Assembly: GCF_006345805.1 (NCBI RefSeq)
Contig: NC_043000.1
Span: 112,406,001 to 112,470,000 of the forward strand
Reading direction: 5' to 3'
DNA from: Octopus sinensis
Taxonomy: Eukaryota
Length of the DNA stretch: 64,000 bases
Below, piece after piece: positions 62,291-64,000 of this stretch (position 1 is the stretch's first letter; the number at the start of each line of letters is the position of its first letter). The notes beneath the pieces are model-generated. The model was not told where the DNA came from. It ran no database searches and worked only from the letters and a program-made list of their open reading frames with translations. Position numbers and translations under genes: made by a program.

Positions 62291-64000
62291 CCTTCTTTTA
62301 CAGATTGACTGTTTTCCTTATTTTTAATCCATGCCTACTGTGACCCCTGTCTTGGAAGCTGCGTCTGATAGGCTCTGGATTGGGAGTTGCAGCTATAGGT
62401 TAAACTTGTAACCACCCCAGCCAGGGTACACTGAAGTTATGGGATGCAGTATGGGAGGCGTGAACTATTCTGACAAATGAATTTTATTGACCCAATGGGC
62501 AAATACCACTTGATGCTGACTGGATGAACAGACAGCAAATTACCAACATCCAAGATGAACTAGTTGCGTTAAGTGGACTACTACCATCATTTGTAGTCAT
62601 TGTGTGCACAGATGTGGTCTTTCATTCAGCAAAAGACCAATGTGGCTAAAACCGAGGCCAGATATTCATGCCATGTTGTTCACTTGGGACACCTGGCATG
62701 GAAGAATTGTATTAGATTGTGCAAGTCACTTGAACCAACGATGACAATGGCCTCTCTTCTTTGAAACTAGTAACCTGTCTACTTCTCCCTGCTCAAACTC
62801 ATTCGATTTAGTTGTCTCTCTTATATTCACGTTCTATACAATTCTCACTCTGTCAAAGGTATGAGACGTTTTGGCGCCACTTATTTGGCATTGCCGCTTT
62901 AATGTTTTTCTTTTAATGTCTCTGTCTGTCATTCTGTTTATCTGTGTGAACATCTAGTTAGGTTTATATGTATGTGTAATGTCTCCCTTTTTCTCTCTCT
63001 CTCTCTGCACACATGCATGTGTATGTGTATACCCCCAGTGCCTAAAAAAACCTACTATTGCCTAAACAGGCTGAATGTCCAGTCAGCCATACCAGATCAT
63101 CAACGTCCAAACATCCATACCCAATCATCTCATTCTGTCCTGTCAAACCTCATTATTAAGCATTCTTCCCAATCCTGGTCTGCAGCTCTCGGGAACATCT
63201 TCTCAGGCCATGTTTATCTAAATTCATGATACAACAGACATGTAAGTTAACTCATGAACCGCATTGACTTCACTAGTCTGGGAAAATCTATGAAGGTCAT
63301 GGCAAACTTCCTTCTGCTCTCCAAAGCTAATTAAGAGAAAATTCTCCCTAATCTGTGTCTAATCTAAATTACTACAATTTAGTGCAATTATTGTCGTTGT
63401 TGTTGGTGGTCTCCTCAATCAGCTCTGGTTAAATAGAAGACATTTAATATGGGCGTGGTCAGCCGAATATGTGATGCTGACCCACAAATACAAAATACTA
63501 GACGACCTAAGTTGTCTCTCATTCAGTGACTGATATGTATTTCACTTCCTGATAGAGAGGAAATATTCAGTCAACCTTGGCTTGAATTGAACCTGCAGCT
63601 GTGACATGCAATTTATGTTGCATAATTTAGACTTAACCACTAATCTATCATCATCATCCTAGCTTAAAATCTACGGCATTGGATTAATCTGTTGAACTTG
63701 ATTCCTTGGTGACCTCACTAGTGCGGGTGCCGTGAGAAGAGAACTCAGTACATTTTGTCATGTGCTTTGTTTAACGAGAGAAGGACATCTGGTTGCTAAA
63801 GCAAGCATTGGAAACCAATACAACCATGGCTTAATTGGATCCTATTGAATCATCCCACCCATGCCATCATGGAATATGGACGTTAAACAGCAATAATGAT
63901 GTTGGTGGTGACTGTCTTGGTCAGCTGTTCTTTTTTATGTCCATTTTTTCCATGCTAGCATGAGTTAAATGGATATATTATTAAGGTTTTTCAAATAAGG

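Noticed and set aside
62340-62770. Possible LINE endonuclease remnant
   Set aside because: Only vague motif resemblance, with multiple stops; cannot be supported without an HMM search.

Overview
AT-rich, repeat-saturated metazoan genomic DNA. The repeat landscape looks like an octopus (coleoid cephalopod) genome; this is my recognition and is not database-verified. The only host coding sequence I can support is two + strand exons (56125-56220, 58745-58850) that splice in frame and encode the N-terminal region of a CAMSAP/Patronin microtubule minus-end protein. The start exon and later exons were not found, so most of the window is probably intron or upstream sequence. The rest is several SINE-like families (my labels A-D, F, H), LINE remnants (RTE, Tx1/L1-like, CR1-like), non-autonomous DNA transposons (hAT, piggyBac-like, Helitron, Tigger-like, foldback MITEs), a half tRNA-Asn pseudogene and micro/minisatellites. 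Nearly all ORFs in the supplied track are repeat artefacts. Top finding: tRNA-headed SINE family D carries a 3' module whose four aligned copies reconstruct a minimal Penelope-type hammerhead ribozyme, and every copy is mutated in the core. A second, unrelated hammerhead-like motif with a 79-nt stem II insert lies at 41104-41221. Repeat boundaries are approximate unless a TSD or TIR is quoted.
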